DNA of 64,000 nt, from NCBI GenBank assembly GCA_019058365.1, contig JAHPZE010000003.1, positions 1-64,000 of the forward strand, given 5' to 3'. Made by a program: the position numbers and the translations under genes. The notes below the pieces were generated by a model. That model was not told the origin of the DNA and ran no database searches. It worked only from the letters and a program-made list of their open reading frames with translations. Origin of the DNA: Promethearchaeota archaeon. GTDB lineage: Archaea > Asgardarchaeota > Lokiarchaeia > Sigyniarchaeales > SOKP01. Shown in pieces: positions 1-9,241 of the stretch; within the stretch, counting starts at the first letter, position 1; every line of letters starts with the position of its first letter.

Positions 1-144
1 AGGTCCTAATCTATTTTGTCGAGTGAGTGGGGTTTGACATTAAAGTTTTTTTTTATTAATTTTTATTTATAAGAAGCAATTATTAAAGTGTATATCTTAA
101 GTCTTCATTATTATTAAAACAAGCAATTTTTAAAGTGAGTTCGA

Positions 145-408
145 ATGGGTTTAGACAAATGGCTCAAGTCAGAAGATGACATAATAAAATCAAAAAAAAA
201 AAAACCATCCATTCAAGATAAAAAAAGGAAAAGTGAAGGTACCCCTGAAAAACTTCTTGAAAAAAAATCAGTTCAATTAACAAAATATACGCTTATTTGT
301 CAAAATTCAAAATGTAAATATCAAAAAACTTTAATAAAAAAAGAACTCACAGATGATGATAAAACCTGTCCAAGATGTAATAAAATAATGAAAACTAAAG
401 TAGGGTAA
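145..408 (+). CDS. Small basic protein with C-terminal zinc ribbon
   Basis: 87-aa ORF; CQNSKC ... CPRC cysteine pairs; Lys-rich N-terminus. Confidence 0.7.
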   Translation: MGLDKWLKSEDDIIKSKKKKPSIQDKKRKSEGTPEKLLEKKSVQLTKYTLICQNSKCKYQKTLIKKELTDDDKTCPRCNKIMKTKVG

Positions 409-661
409 GTGTACTTCCAGATCCGAGAGGTTGATTGATATTAACCATTTTTGTTGGAAGATTCTTTAAATCAAACTCAGATTCACAATTTGGGCAGGTA
501 TTAGGCTTTTTTGAATATTTTAAAATATAATAGATGATAAATCCAAGACCTAAAGTTAATATTACCATGAAACATAACACTTCGTGATAAATATGGTCAA
601 AATTCTTTCTTCTTAGGGTTACGATCTGTTCACAAGTTGGACAATATACCTTAAAACCCAT
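395..661 (-). CDS. LITAF-like zinc-ribbon membrane protein
   Basis: CPTC, then a ~25-aa hydrophobic segment, then CPNC: the LITAF domain layout. Confidence 0.6.
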   Translation of the reverse strand: MGFKVYCPTCEQIVTLRRKNFDHIYHEVLCFMVILTLGLGFIIYYILKYSKKPNTCPNCESEFDLKNLPTKMVNINQPLGSGSTLTLL

Positions 662-1106
662 TATTCGTTTCCCTAACTCTTTTGATTATATTTAAATTTA
701 ATATTATGAACTTTAATTATTTTTTGTTTAATTTAAAATATTATCATTATTTTTGCATTTTTTTGCATATCGATCAAAAGGTATATAATTCATCTCTAAG
801 TATTGATTTATTTTTGTATAACTTCCCATTCTTAGAAAAATTCCTTTTTTCACGATATTTTCAGGAAATATTACATTAAATGCTCCAATTGCACAATTAT
901 ATTTTAAAATTACCTTTTTCACCAGAAAAAAATCTTCCAAAACCATCGAACTCATAATTATTGCTCCTTCACATAAGGAGCAATTATTGAAACAGGTTTA
1001 GACAAAATAACATCAAATTGAAATAATATTCTATAACAGTTAAATGTCTTAATTTAAAAGAAAAGCTGCCATCTTATTTTGAAAAGATTAGGAATTATCA
1101 AAGATA

Positions 1107-1268
1107 TCATTTGAATCCCCTAAAGGTTGGTTTATTCTCGTCTTCAGGCTTTTTCTTTTTCTTTTCTCCAGTAATTAAAATATTCCATGTACTAGTGACG
1201 CCCAAATCTTTTAATTTCTTACGCTCTTCATCTAATGATATTTCATTTTCATTTTCATCTTCACTCAT
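1107..1268 (-). CDS. Small charged hypothetical protein (53 aa, not in ORF track)
   Basis: Manual translation MSEDENENEISLDEERKKLKDLGVTSTWNILITGEKKKKKPEDENKPTFRGFK*; composition typical of real genes here. Confidence 0.5.
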   Translation of the reverse strand: MSEDENENEISLDEERKKLKDLGVTSTWNILITGEKKKKKPEDENKPTFRGFK

Positions 1269-1488
1269 AATACACACTTATGAAATCTTTAATATTAATT
1301 AATTAGTATATTACAGTTTAATATAATTTTCTTAATTTGACATTAATACACCTAAGGAGAGATAATTTAAGATCTCAAGCATATCATTAAGATATAGAAT
1401 TCTAAATAAAATTTTAAATCTTTAATTTTATAATTTATTAAAACATAATTCTTTTGATAAATTAAATAATTCATTTTAGGTCGTAATT

Positions 1489-2475
1489 ATGGCAAATTGT
1501 GCTCATTGTGGTGAAGAAATAATTGGAGACCTCTTTAAATGCAATAAGTGTGGATATTATTATTGTGCAAGACATAAAGAGCCTATAAATCATGATTGCA
1601 ATGTTATAATCGAAAGTTTAAGGTTAGAACAATCACCATCAGAGCCTCAAACTTATGTTCCGCCTCCTCAAGTAATACATGTATCTCATGAACAGACATA
1701 TCAACAAACAGATACCCCAGGAGTCATAAGAGGTACTACAGATGGATCATATACTTGGTATCGCCGAGAAAGTCAAATCCCTGTAGGTGCATTTGATCCT
1801 GATTCAGGTATTAAATTCAAAGGAATCTTATTGGCTCATAAATCAGAACTATTTCATTTTATAGTTGGTGTTTCTCTGATTTTTTTTATTGGTTTATTAA
1901 CTTTCTTCAACCAACAATTAATTATTATGGGATACGGATGGGCGATTTTTATGTTAGCAGGTTTTTATGCTACAGCTTTTCTCTTTCATGAATTAGGGCA
2001 TAGACAAGTAGCAATTCATTTTGGACTTCAAACAAAATTTAGATTGTTAACTTTTGGAATGTTATTAACAGTTACCGGGGTAGTATTTGGGCTATATTCA
2101 TTAATATCAAACGGTTCAACTTTCCCCTCATTAGCTTTACCGGGTGCTGTAGTTGTTTTAGGTTTAAGTACAATTGATAGAACTACTGGTTTATGTAAAG
2201 CAGCTGGACCTACAGTTAATCTCGTATATGGTACTATCCTTTTCATAATTTCTTTTATAATCCCAACTTATCCGCTTAACTTGTTTATATGTTATGCAGC
2301 GAATTTAAATTTCATGCTAGGAACCTTTAATATGATTCCTATTGGCATCCTTGATGGACAAAATATATGGAAATGGAATAAAAAAGTATATATTATGCTC
2401 TGCGGTTTATTATTAGTGCTATTAATAACAACTTATTTGTTCATTTATTTACCTACTAGTCCATATATAATATGA
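1489..2475 (+). CDS. AN1-type zinc finger fused to site-2 (M50) intramembrane metalloprotease
   Basis: N-terminal CAHC...CNKC...YCARH...HDC; HELGH, AAGP and FNMIPIGILDG motifs; multiple TM segments. Confidence 0.85.
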   Translation: MANCAHCGEEIIGDLFKCNKCGYYYCARHKEPINHDCNVIIESLRLEQSPSEPQTYVPPPQVIHVSHEQTYQQTDTPGVIRGTTDGSYTWYRRESQIPVGAFDPDSGIKFKGILLAHKSELFHFIVGVSLIFFIGLLTFFNQQLIIMGYGWAIFMLAGFYATAFLFHELGHRQVAIHFGLQTKFRLLTFGMLLTVTGVVFGLYSLISNGSTFPSLALPGAVVVLGLSTIDRTTGLCKAAGPTVNLVYGTILFIISFIIPTYPLNLFICYAANLNFMLGTFNMIPIGILDGQNIWKWNKKVYIMLCGLLLVLLITTYLFIYLPTSPYII

Positions 2476-2652
2476 ATGTAAAATAGAAGTTGATTTTTAA
2501 GAGAACATTTTTTTAGTAAATTTTAGATCTTTCATGATTTAATGAAAAAAATGAAAAGTAAAAATAATGAAGGATGATAATTTAAAATAATTAACTTTTT
2601 AATTCTTAATAGAAGATTTTGAATTAATTTAGTGCTTTCTTGGTGAACTAGG

Positions 2653-3594
2653 CTGACATATTGCGAATTTTGTGGAAATCAAATTAGTTATTTACCATTC
2701 ACATGTAAATATTGTGGGGGAACTTTTTGTAAAAAGCATCGTTTACCTGAAAATCACGAGTGTACATTTGAGCTAAAACATGTACCACTTGTTCCTACTA
2801 CTCAGAAAGAACCTAAAAGACGATACGAAGATACTGAAATAAAAAAGTCCCAATCACGTGTTTATTTAGATAAAGAGCCTAAACCTTTAAAAAGATATTT
2901 AAAAAGACAAGAAAAGCAAAGAGAAAGAACATTGAGGGGCTATCAGCAATCTTATGAAAAACATTCACAGTATCAAGGCACTAAAAGCTTATTTATTACG
3001 ATTATAATATTTTCCATTGTTGGTTTGGTCTTTGCGTATAACTATATACCGGAATATTTCTATTTAAGTTTATATGGATTAGTGAATAAATTCACATACT
3101 ATACTTTTATTACTAGTCTTTTTATTAGTTCTGGTGATGTGATAAGTTTATTCTTCTTATTTATTATGCTATTTATTTTATATTTTATGGCTAGAAATAT
3201 TGAAATGAGCCTTGGGACAAAATTTTTAATAAAACTGTATGTAGTATGCAGTCTTTTTACGGCGTTATTCTATATTTTATTGAGAATTTCATTAATATTA
3301 ATATATCCCTTAAATTCTTCTATTCTTTATATTGGATTAGCGTGGGGGGGAATATTAGGGTTATTATCCTATTCATTGTTTCCAATTATGAATAAAAAAA
3401 TTACTGCCTTTATGTATTTCCTTCCAGTTAGAATGAATGGAAGGTCTCTTTTGTTAATTATAATAATACTAAGGCTGTTTCCTGTTTTACTATTTGTTTG
3501 GTATGACCCGGCTTATATCGTATTTTACCTACCGGAATTAGGAGGAATTTTAGGAGCTTATATTGTCTATAAGTATCAATTTCCCATAAGATAA
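2653..3594 (+). CDS. AN1 zinc finger plus rhomboid-fold membrane protein, probably catalytically inactive; probable CTG start
   Basis: Frame is open 93 codons upstream of the listed TTG (2932) and encodes TYCEFC...[21 protein letters not shown]; in-frame TGA at 2644; GGTGA SD-like motif at 2642; GLAWGG and PELGG replace GxSG and AHLGG. Confidence 0.75.
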   Translation: MTYCEFCGNQISYLPFTCKYCGGTFCKKHRLPENHECTFELKHVPLVPTTQKEPKRRYEDTEIKKSQSRVYLDKEPKPLKRYLKRQEKQRERTLRGYQQSYEKHSQYQGTKSLFITIIIFSIVGLVFAYNYIPEYFYLSLYGLVNKFTYYTFITSLFISSGDVISLFFLFIMLFILYFMARNIEMSLGTKFLIKLYVVCSLFTALFYILLRISLILIYPLNSSILYIGLAWGGILGLLSYSLFPIMNKKITAFMYFLPVRMNGRSLLLIIIILRLFPVLLFVWYDPAYIVFYLPELGGILGAYIVYKYQFPIR

Positions 3595-3695
3595 AAACTG
3601 ATCCATATATTCCATTCTAATTCATAAAAATTATCAAGGAATAAGTCTTTATTTTTATATTCTATTAAATTTAAAAGAGCAATTGAATATTTAAA

Positions 3696-4352
3696 ATGTC
3701 TGAAAAAAAAACATCACGAATTATAGAATTGAATGAAGATTTAATTGAAAATAACGATAGATTAGCAGAACAGAATAAACAATTTCTAAAAAAGAAAAAT
3801 GTAAGAGCTTTCGATTTTGTAGGTGCTATTGGTGCAGGTAAAACAGCGATTATTGAATCTATAGTAGAAAGAATTGCAAAAGAATATGGAATTTTAGTTA
3901 TTAATGGTGATGTTGCTACTCGAATAGACGCTGATAGAATTGAAAAATGTGGTGTTGCAACAATCCAGATCAACACGGGGAAGGAATGTGCCCTTAATTC
4001 ATATCATATCTCTCAAGTTTTAAAAAATTATGATTTACATGAAGTTGGTATTCTTTTCATAGAAAATGTGGGTAATCTAATTTGCCCTTCTGATTTTATG
4101 TTAGGTACTGAGAAAAGGATTGTAATAGTCTCTATCACTGAAGGGCCATGGGTTATTCGAAAACATCCAATGCTATTTAAATATTCAGATATAGCGGTCA
4201 TCAATAAAATCGATTTAAAGGATGTTATGGATGTGAATATTGAAGATATGATAAAAGATGCAAAGGAGATTAATCCAAACATTAAAATTTTCATTACAAG
4301 TGCTACAACTGGAGAGAATATCTCCAAACTTATAAATTGTATTTTAAATTAG
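3696..4352 (+). CDS. hypB: HypB-family nickel-insertion GTPase
   Basis: GAIGAGKT, ENVGNLICP, SITEG and INKID motifs. Confidence 0.85.
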   Translation: MSEKKTSRIIELNEDLIENNDRLAEQNKQFLKKKNVRAFDFVGAIGAGKTAIIESIVERIAKEYGILVINGDVATRIDADRIEKCGVATIQINTGKECALNSYHISQVLKNYDLHEVGILFIENVGNLICPSDFMLGTEKRIVIVSITEGPWVIRKHPMLFKYSDIAVINKIDLKDVMDVNIEDMIKDAKEINPNIKIFITSATTGENISKLINCILN

Positions 4353-4416
4353 TTAAATTAAGAATAAAAACAAAAGAATATAATTATAATATTAACTACG
4401 AAAGTTCTGAAGTATT

Positions 4417-4845
4417 ATGTCAATAAGGCAATACAATACAGAATTAGGCATGTTAATTGATAAGATTGTTAAAGTTTATCTTGATAAAGAAAAATTCTTT
4501 GTTGGACAATTAAAAGGAGTTTCTGAGGATTCAAATCTGATTCTAGTAAATGCAAAGAATGAAAAAAATAAGCCATTTCCAAAATTGTTTATTAGAAGTA
4601 CTTTTTATAACTACGTAAGTTTAGAAGAAGAACCTTTTCCAATGGTTGCACTCGCGGAACGGATCGCAACCATATTTTCAAAAGGGCATGTTAATTATAT
4701 TGAAGATCAAAATATCATTTCAATATTAAATGGCAAAATTATAGTTGATGAAAATGAAGTAAGAGGAACGGGGCCTTCAGCAGAACGTGTTAAAAAGATT
4801 TTTGAACAATTTAAAATGGATTTAGAAAATCCACCTGAAGAATAA
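4417..4845 (+). CDS. Extended Sm/Lsm RNA-binding protein (SmAP3-like)
   Basis: Sm1-like N-terminus (V.V.L...F.G.L.G...NLIL.NA) plus C-terminal domain ending GTGPSAERVKKIF. Confidence 0.75.
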   Translation: MSIRQYNTELGMLIDKIVKVYLDKEKFFVGQLKGVSEDSNLILVNAKNEKNKPFPKLFIRSTFYNYVSLEEEPFPMVALAERIATIFSKGHVNYIEDQNIISILNGKIIVDENEVRGTGPSAERVKKIFEQFKMDLENPPEE

Positions 4846-4875
4846 CTTATTTTTATTTTTTTAAATTTTTTGAGT

Positions 4876-5382
4876 TCATTCATTTTCAAATACATTAAGT
4901 ATATTTTTTAATTGTAAATCCTTGATGATATTTTTCATAGTCGCTTTCCCTAATGGTGTAACTTTAATTAGTCCTAAATCGTCAAACTTTCTTAAATAAT
5001 CATTATTGATTAGAAATTGGATATCTGTATCCCATAATTCGGCAAAAATTTCTTTTAAATCATCAATTTTTATATTTTCATCAACTTCCTTACTTAAAGC
5101 TATTATTAGGGCTAAAATTCCATACTGAGATGGTGTAATATTATCATCTTTGCCATCAGAAGTTAAAATATAAAATTTTTGTTCAATGAATTTTGTTCTA
5201 ATAAGCTCAAAACCTACATTTCTTAAATTCAAATAAACTTCACTCATAATTTGTTCAAAATCAAAATTTTTACTTAAATTTTTAAGGTCTTCTTCCCTAA
5301 CAATTTTTTGAGGATTCGTTAAAATAAGTTTTGTAATATTTTTTATTATTTCATTAAAATTGTTTTTTACGGTTGACAACAA
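4876..5382 (-). CDS. Tandem winged-helix protein, KITE (Nse1/Nse3-MAGE/ScpB/MukE)-like
   Basis: FEQIMSEVYLNLRNVGFELI...FYILTS...YGILALIIAL resembles MAGE/Nse3 WH-A and WH-B; C-terminal wing VTPLG; adjacent to an SMC-like gene. Confidence 0.5.
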   Translation of the reverse strand: MLSTVKNNFNEIIKNITKLILTNPQKIVREEDLKNLSKNFDFEQIMSEVYLNLRNVGFELIRTKFIEQKFYILTSDGKDDNITPSQYGILALIIALSKEVDENIKIDDLKEIFAELWDTDIQFLINNDYLRKFDDLGLIKVTPLGKATMKNIIKDLQLKNILNVFENE

Positions 5383-5384
5383 AA

Positions 5385-7016
5385 TCAGCTCTCTTGTATA
5401 GTATAAATTTTTAAATTTTTAATTTCTCTTTTTAATTCTAAATTTGAGATGATAAAGATTAAATTAAACTTTGATAATTTTTCCTCCATTTCAAAAATTG
5501 GTAAAACTTTTCTGATTGTTCTATAAATGGAACCTCCTTTATCATATTTGCTTAAGATTGATACATTTGAAAAAATAATATTTTCTATTTTGATATTAAG
5601 TTTAATTGAGATATAAAATACCATAATGAAAAATATTTTTTCAGGAGTAGTTAATCCATCAAAATCAACTTTTTCTTTATCATTTCTTATGAATGTAATC
5701 TCAATAAAGAAGTACTTATTATCATCATTTACAATAATTCTAAGCTGAGACTTTATGTTTATTTCTGATAAAAATTTATTTACCAAAGATTCGATCTCGT
5801 AAAGGTTGTTCTCCAATCTTCTAAATTCTTCAAAGGATTCCAAAATATCTTTTTCATTTATTGTGATCATAATTTTTGATTCTTGATTTTTTATTTTTTC
5901 ATCTAACTCCTTTAGTTTTTTAGTGATAGGAGATAAATCATTAGGATTCTGAGGGGTATTGAAATCTTTTGGAAGGATTATTTTATTTAATTCAGTTTCC
6001 GTTTTTTTTAAATCATCTTTAATTTCTTGTGAGGGTTTAAATGATTTCAAATCAATTAAATCAAGATCCTGAACAAATGTATTTCCTTCATCTTTAATTA
6101 TATTTTTAAGTTCAGATTGAAGATTAATTATTCTTTTTTCCTCATTATTTATCAACTCTACCAATTCTTGATAATCTTTTTTATATATTTCAAAAACAAC
6201 GGTTAGTTCTTCTAGTTTAAATTGGGTTTGACTTTTTTTAGACTTTGTTTTAGTAATTTCAAACTGAACCTCTTTTGCTTTCTTTTGAAAATTTTTTATT
6301 TTCTCTGCATTTGTTATCTTGGTGCCAGACTCTGTGATATTATTATTTAATTCCTTTTTTGGTTCTGGGGTGTCTCCAGTCATTTCTCGTGTGATTTTAT
6401 TAATTTGACTAAAATATTGTTTTTTTTGTTTAGTTAATTCTTGAATTTTTGAATTATATTCACTTATTGTTTTTTTAATCTGATTAACTTGGTTTTTCCG
6501 CTGAAAATAATCTTCCTCTAAAAACTTTAATTTTTTTTTATTTATAGTTAAGGATTCATTCAATTTTTTTATTAAATCAGTACTAGCGGTAATTTCACTT
6601 GATTTTTTATACTGTTTTGATAATTCTAATTCTTTTAATAGAGATTCTTTTTTTTTTAAAAGCATATTGTATTTGAGGATTAAAATTAAATTATCTACAA
6701 TTTCATTATATTGAGAAAAGAGGAGTATATTACTAGAAACTATTTTACGATATTCGTGTATAAAATTTATTAGTCTTCTGGATTTCTGCAATTCATGAAA
6801 TTCTTCAGATCCTTCCTGTAAAAACCCAATATATTTTTCTATAGGAATTTTATTTAAATTTTCAGAAATTTCAAGAAACAAATTATTTTTATATTTATTT
6901 AATAGATTCTTTTTTATTTTTCCATTAATTAATGTAAATTTATCTTTAATTGGAACATCTTTTGAGCCAATGGATATAATTAAATTATCTTTTTGAATAA
7001 TTAATACCTTTTTCAT
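5385..7016 (-). CDS. Short SMC/Rad50-like coiled-coil protein with degenerate ATPase head
   Basis: Long coiled coil between globular ends; Q-loop-like GFLQEG; signature-like GLTTPEK followed by a hydrophobic helix; no intact Walker A or B. Confidence 0.5.
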   Translation of the reverse strand: MKKVLIIQKDNLIISIGSKDVPIKDKFTLINGKIKKNLLNKYKNNLFLEISENLNKIPIEKYIGFLQEGSEEFHELQKSRRLINFIHEYRKIVSSNILLFSQYNEIVDNLILILKYNMLLKKKESLLKELELSKQYKKSSEITASTDLIKKLNESLTINKKKLKFLEEDYFQRKNQVNQIKKTISEYNSKIQELTKQKKQYFSQINKITREMTGDTPEPKKELNNNITESGTKITNAEKIKNFQKKAKEVQFEITKTKSKKSQTQFKLEELTVVFEIYKKDYQELVELINNEEKRIINLQSELKNIIKDEGNTFVQDLDLIDLKSFKPSQEIKDDLKKTETELNKIILPKDFNTPQNPNDLSPITKKLKELDEKIKNQESKIMITINEKDILESFEEFRRLENNLYEIESLVNKFLSEINIKSQLRIIVNDDNKYFFIEITFIRNDKEKVDFDGLTTPEKIFFIMVFYISIKLNIKIENIIFSNVSILSKYDKGGSIYRTIRKVLPIFEMEEKLSKFNLIFIISNLELKREIKNLKIYTIQES

Positions 7017-7027
7017 TTTAATTATGG

Positions 7028-8062
7028 TTATTCAAAATGGTCTTTAAAGTTCTTGTACTCTTTTTCTTTTCTTTTCTTTCTTTCTCTAATTAAATCAAGA
7101 GGATCTTTATCATCATCTTTTTGAATCATATATTTTTCATCAAAACTTTTCTCAAGCTGAGATTTAAATTTCTCAATTTTTTCAGAAACCTCATCAGTTA
7201 ATTCAATATCTTTTTTTCCTTTAGATTCTGGGGAGATTTCTGTTAATTTTTCTCTGCGTTTCTTCCTCCTCATTCGTTTAAATTCGCTATCAGAAAGCTT
7301 TAAATAATTTTCATACGTTTCCTTTTGTTCTTCTTGTTTCTTTTTTAGTTTTTCTAATTCTTCTTTCTCTCTAACTTTTTTAATAACACCTTTTTTAACT
7401 GATATTTCTTGCTGAGTTAATTGACTCTCTATTATTCCCATGAAATTGTCAAATGTTAAAGTGGGAGTCTTTTCGAAATAATTTCTATATTCTTTTATTA
7501 ATATTGGATCTGTATCCTCAGGGACTTTTTTCAATTCTATATCAAGTCTTACTTTTAGTAATTTTTGATAATAATTTCTTATTTTTTTTACCGATTTCAG
7601 AAAAATTGTATTGTATTTTAAAGAATCCAAGAGATCTAACCATTCTGGAATTTCAATTGAAGGAATAAAAGAAACAAAATTGATGATTTTACTAATCTTT
7701 TTATCTTCAATTAGAGATAATCCTATTGATTTTGTCAATTCTTCATTTAGGTTTAAACTTTTCAAATTATCTTTAAATTTCTCTTTATATTTTCTAATTA
7801 ATCGATCCTGTAAATCTAGAAATTTACTAAGATTAGTTCTTGATATTTTGTCCAATTTGATATTGATCTTTTTTAATAATTCTTCAACGGTTTCTATTTG
7901 GAAAAGTAAATTTTTATCTTTCAAGTCTCTTTCAATAGTTTGAATATTTTTTATAACATAATTAGAGGTTTGAGTTAATTCATTCAATTTTATTTGGAGT
8001 TCTTCGATAGGAAGAGTTAATTTCTTAATTTTTTCTAGATCGAATAATTGGTTGTTATTCAT
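7028..8062 (-). CDS. Hypothetical helical/coiled-coil protein
   Basis: 344-aa ORF with highly charged C-terminal helices; operonic spacing. Confidence 0.7.
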   Translation of the reverse strand: MNNNQLFDLEKIKKLTLPIEELQIKLNELTQTSNYVIKNIQTIERDLKDKNLLFQIETVEELLKKINIKLDKISRTNLSKFLDLQDRLIRKYKEKFKDNLKSLNLNEELTKSIGLSLIEDKKISKIINFVSFIPSIEIPEWLDLLDSLKYNTIFLKSVKKIRNYYQKLLKVRLDIELKKVPEDTDPILIKEYRNYFEKTPTLTFDNFMGIIESQLTQQEISVKKGVIKKVREKEELEKLKKKQEEQKETYENYLKLSDSEFKRMRRKKRREKLTEISPESKGKKDIELTDEVSEKIEKFKSQLEKSFDEKYMIQKDDDKDPLDLIRERKKRKEKEYKNFKDHFE

Positions 8063-8105
8063 AATTTTAAAGAAATAAATTGTAATATAATTAATTATAT
8101 TTTAT

Positions 8106-9215
8106 TTATATTTCAGGAGGACCTAATGTCTTTTCCTTTTTTCCCTCATTTCTGCTCATATAGGTTTTAATTTGTCTTGCTTCACTTAAAATATCTTGTC
8201 TCTCAACATGAATAGCGGTACCACCAACTAATTTTATGGAATCATAAAATATATCATAAGTTAAAAGCCCTGTATTAATTGCCTTAAATAAAGCAACTCT
8301 CGTCCCCCTTTCAATATCAGAACCAGAATAACCATATGTTAATCCTAGAAGCCCTACTAATTTATTTTTTTTACTCAATTCCTCTAAAAAAATATTATCA
8401 TCAAATTCAGAAATAGTGCGTCCTAATTTCGTTTCTAGTTCTTTTGTTATTGCTAAAATTTCTTTATATTCATTATTTAAGTTCGTAAAAATCAAGTCAT
8501 CAACACCAATTTTTGCATTTTTTAGTTTTTCCATGAAAGATTCAATAATTTTTTTTCTTAAACGAAAATTTGGGAAATCAAATTTAAAATGAAATGTAAA
8601 CCGGCGCCATATTGCCGAATCTAGCTGATGCTGATGATTTGTTGCACCAAAAATCGCTAGAGGTACACCCTCATAGTTTATTCTATCTATAACTTGTAGA
8701 AAGGAAATAACAGCACGTTTGATCTCTCCTACTTCATGTATATTGGATCTTTCTGAGCCTATTGCATCTATCTCATCAAAAAATAAAATAAATGCACCTC
8801 TTTCTTTGGCGATTTCTGCTGCTAATTCAACAACTCCTCGAATATTTTTAATAGTATCCCCTAATAAAGGTGATACAAGTCTATCAGATTCTACAACACA
8901 AATTGGAATATCATATTTCTTTGCAAAACCTCTTGTTAAGGAAGTTTTTCCTGTACCTGGAGGTCCATATAGAAGTACTGTTAAATTTGGGCTAAGCTTA
9001 GTATTTTTCAAATTTTTAATAAATTCATCATACTTTTTTAGAGCTTTAAAAAAATCGTCCAAAATTTCTTTTTTAATTTCATTTCCTAAGATATCTTCTA
9101 CAGTTTCCTTAATATCTGAAGGAAAATAGACCGCACCATACTTTCCAAGTCGTTCTTTTATAACATCATCAACAAATATAATATTTTCTTCATTCTTAGT
9201 CCTTGGTTTACTCAT
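8106..9215 (-). CDS. Classic-clade AAA+ ATPase
   Basis: [18 protein letters not shown] and LDSAIWRRF (second region of homology). Confidence 0.9.
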   Translation of the reverse strand: MSKPRTKNEENIIFVDDVIKERLGKYGAVYFPSDIKETVEDILGNEIKKEILDDFFKALKKYDEFIKNLKNTKLSPNLTVLLYGPPGTGKTSLTRGFAKKYDIPICVVESDRLVSPLLGDTIKNIRGVVELAAEIAKERGAFILFFDEIDAIGSERSNIHEVGEIKRAVISFLQVIDRINYEGVPLAIFGATNHQHQLDSAIWRRFTFHFKFDFPNFRLRKKIIESFMEKLKNAKIGVDDLIFTNLNNEYKEILAITKELETKLGRTISEFDDNIFLEELSKKNKLVGLLGLTYGYSGSDIERGTRVALFKAINTGLLTYDIFYDSIKLVGGTAIHVERQDILSEARQIKTYMSRNEGKKEKTLGPPEI

Positions 9216-9241
9216 TTTTCCTCAATTCTTTATAATTAATT

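Noticed and set aside
682-1000. ORFs 682-879 and 728-955, and a 10-bp inverted repeat at 960-984
   Set aside because: No recognisable protein features beyond a possible decayed CSLC remnant; a single hairpin is not enough to call an ncRNA or operator
8106-9215. AAA ATPase as Vps4/CdvC or as the ATPase of an ATPase-subtilase toxin-antitoxin pair
   Set aside because: No MIT domain, no adjacent ESCRT-III gene and no S8 protease nearby; left unassigned
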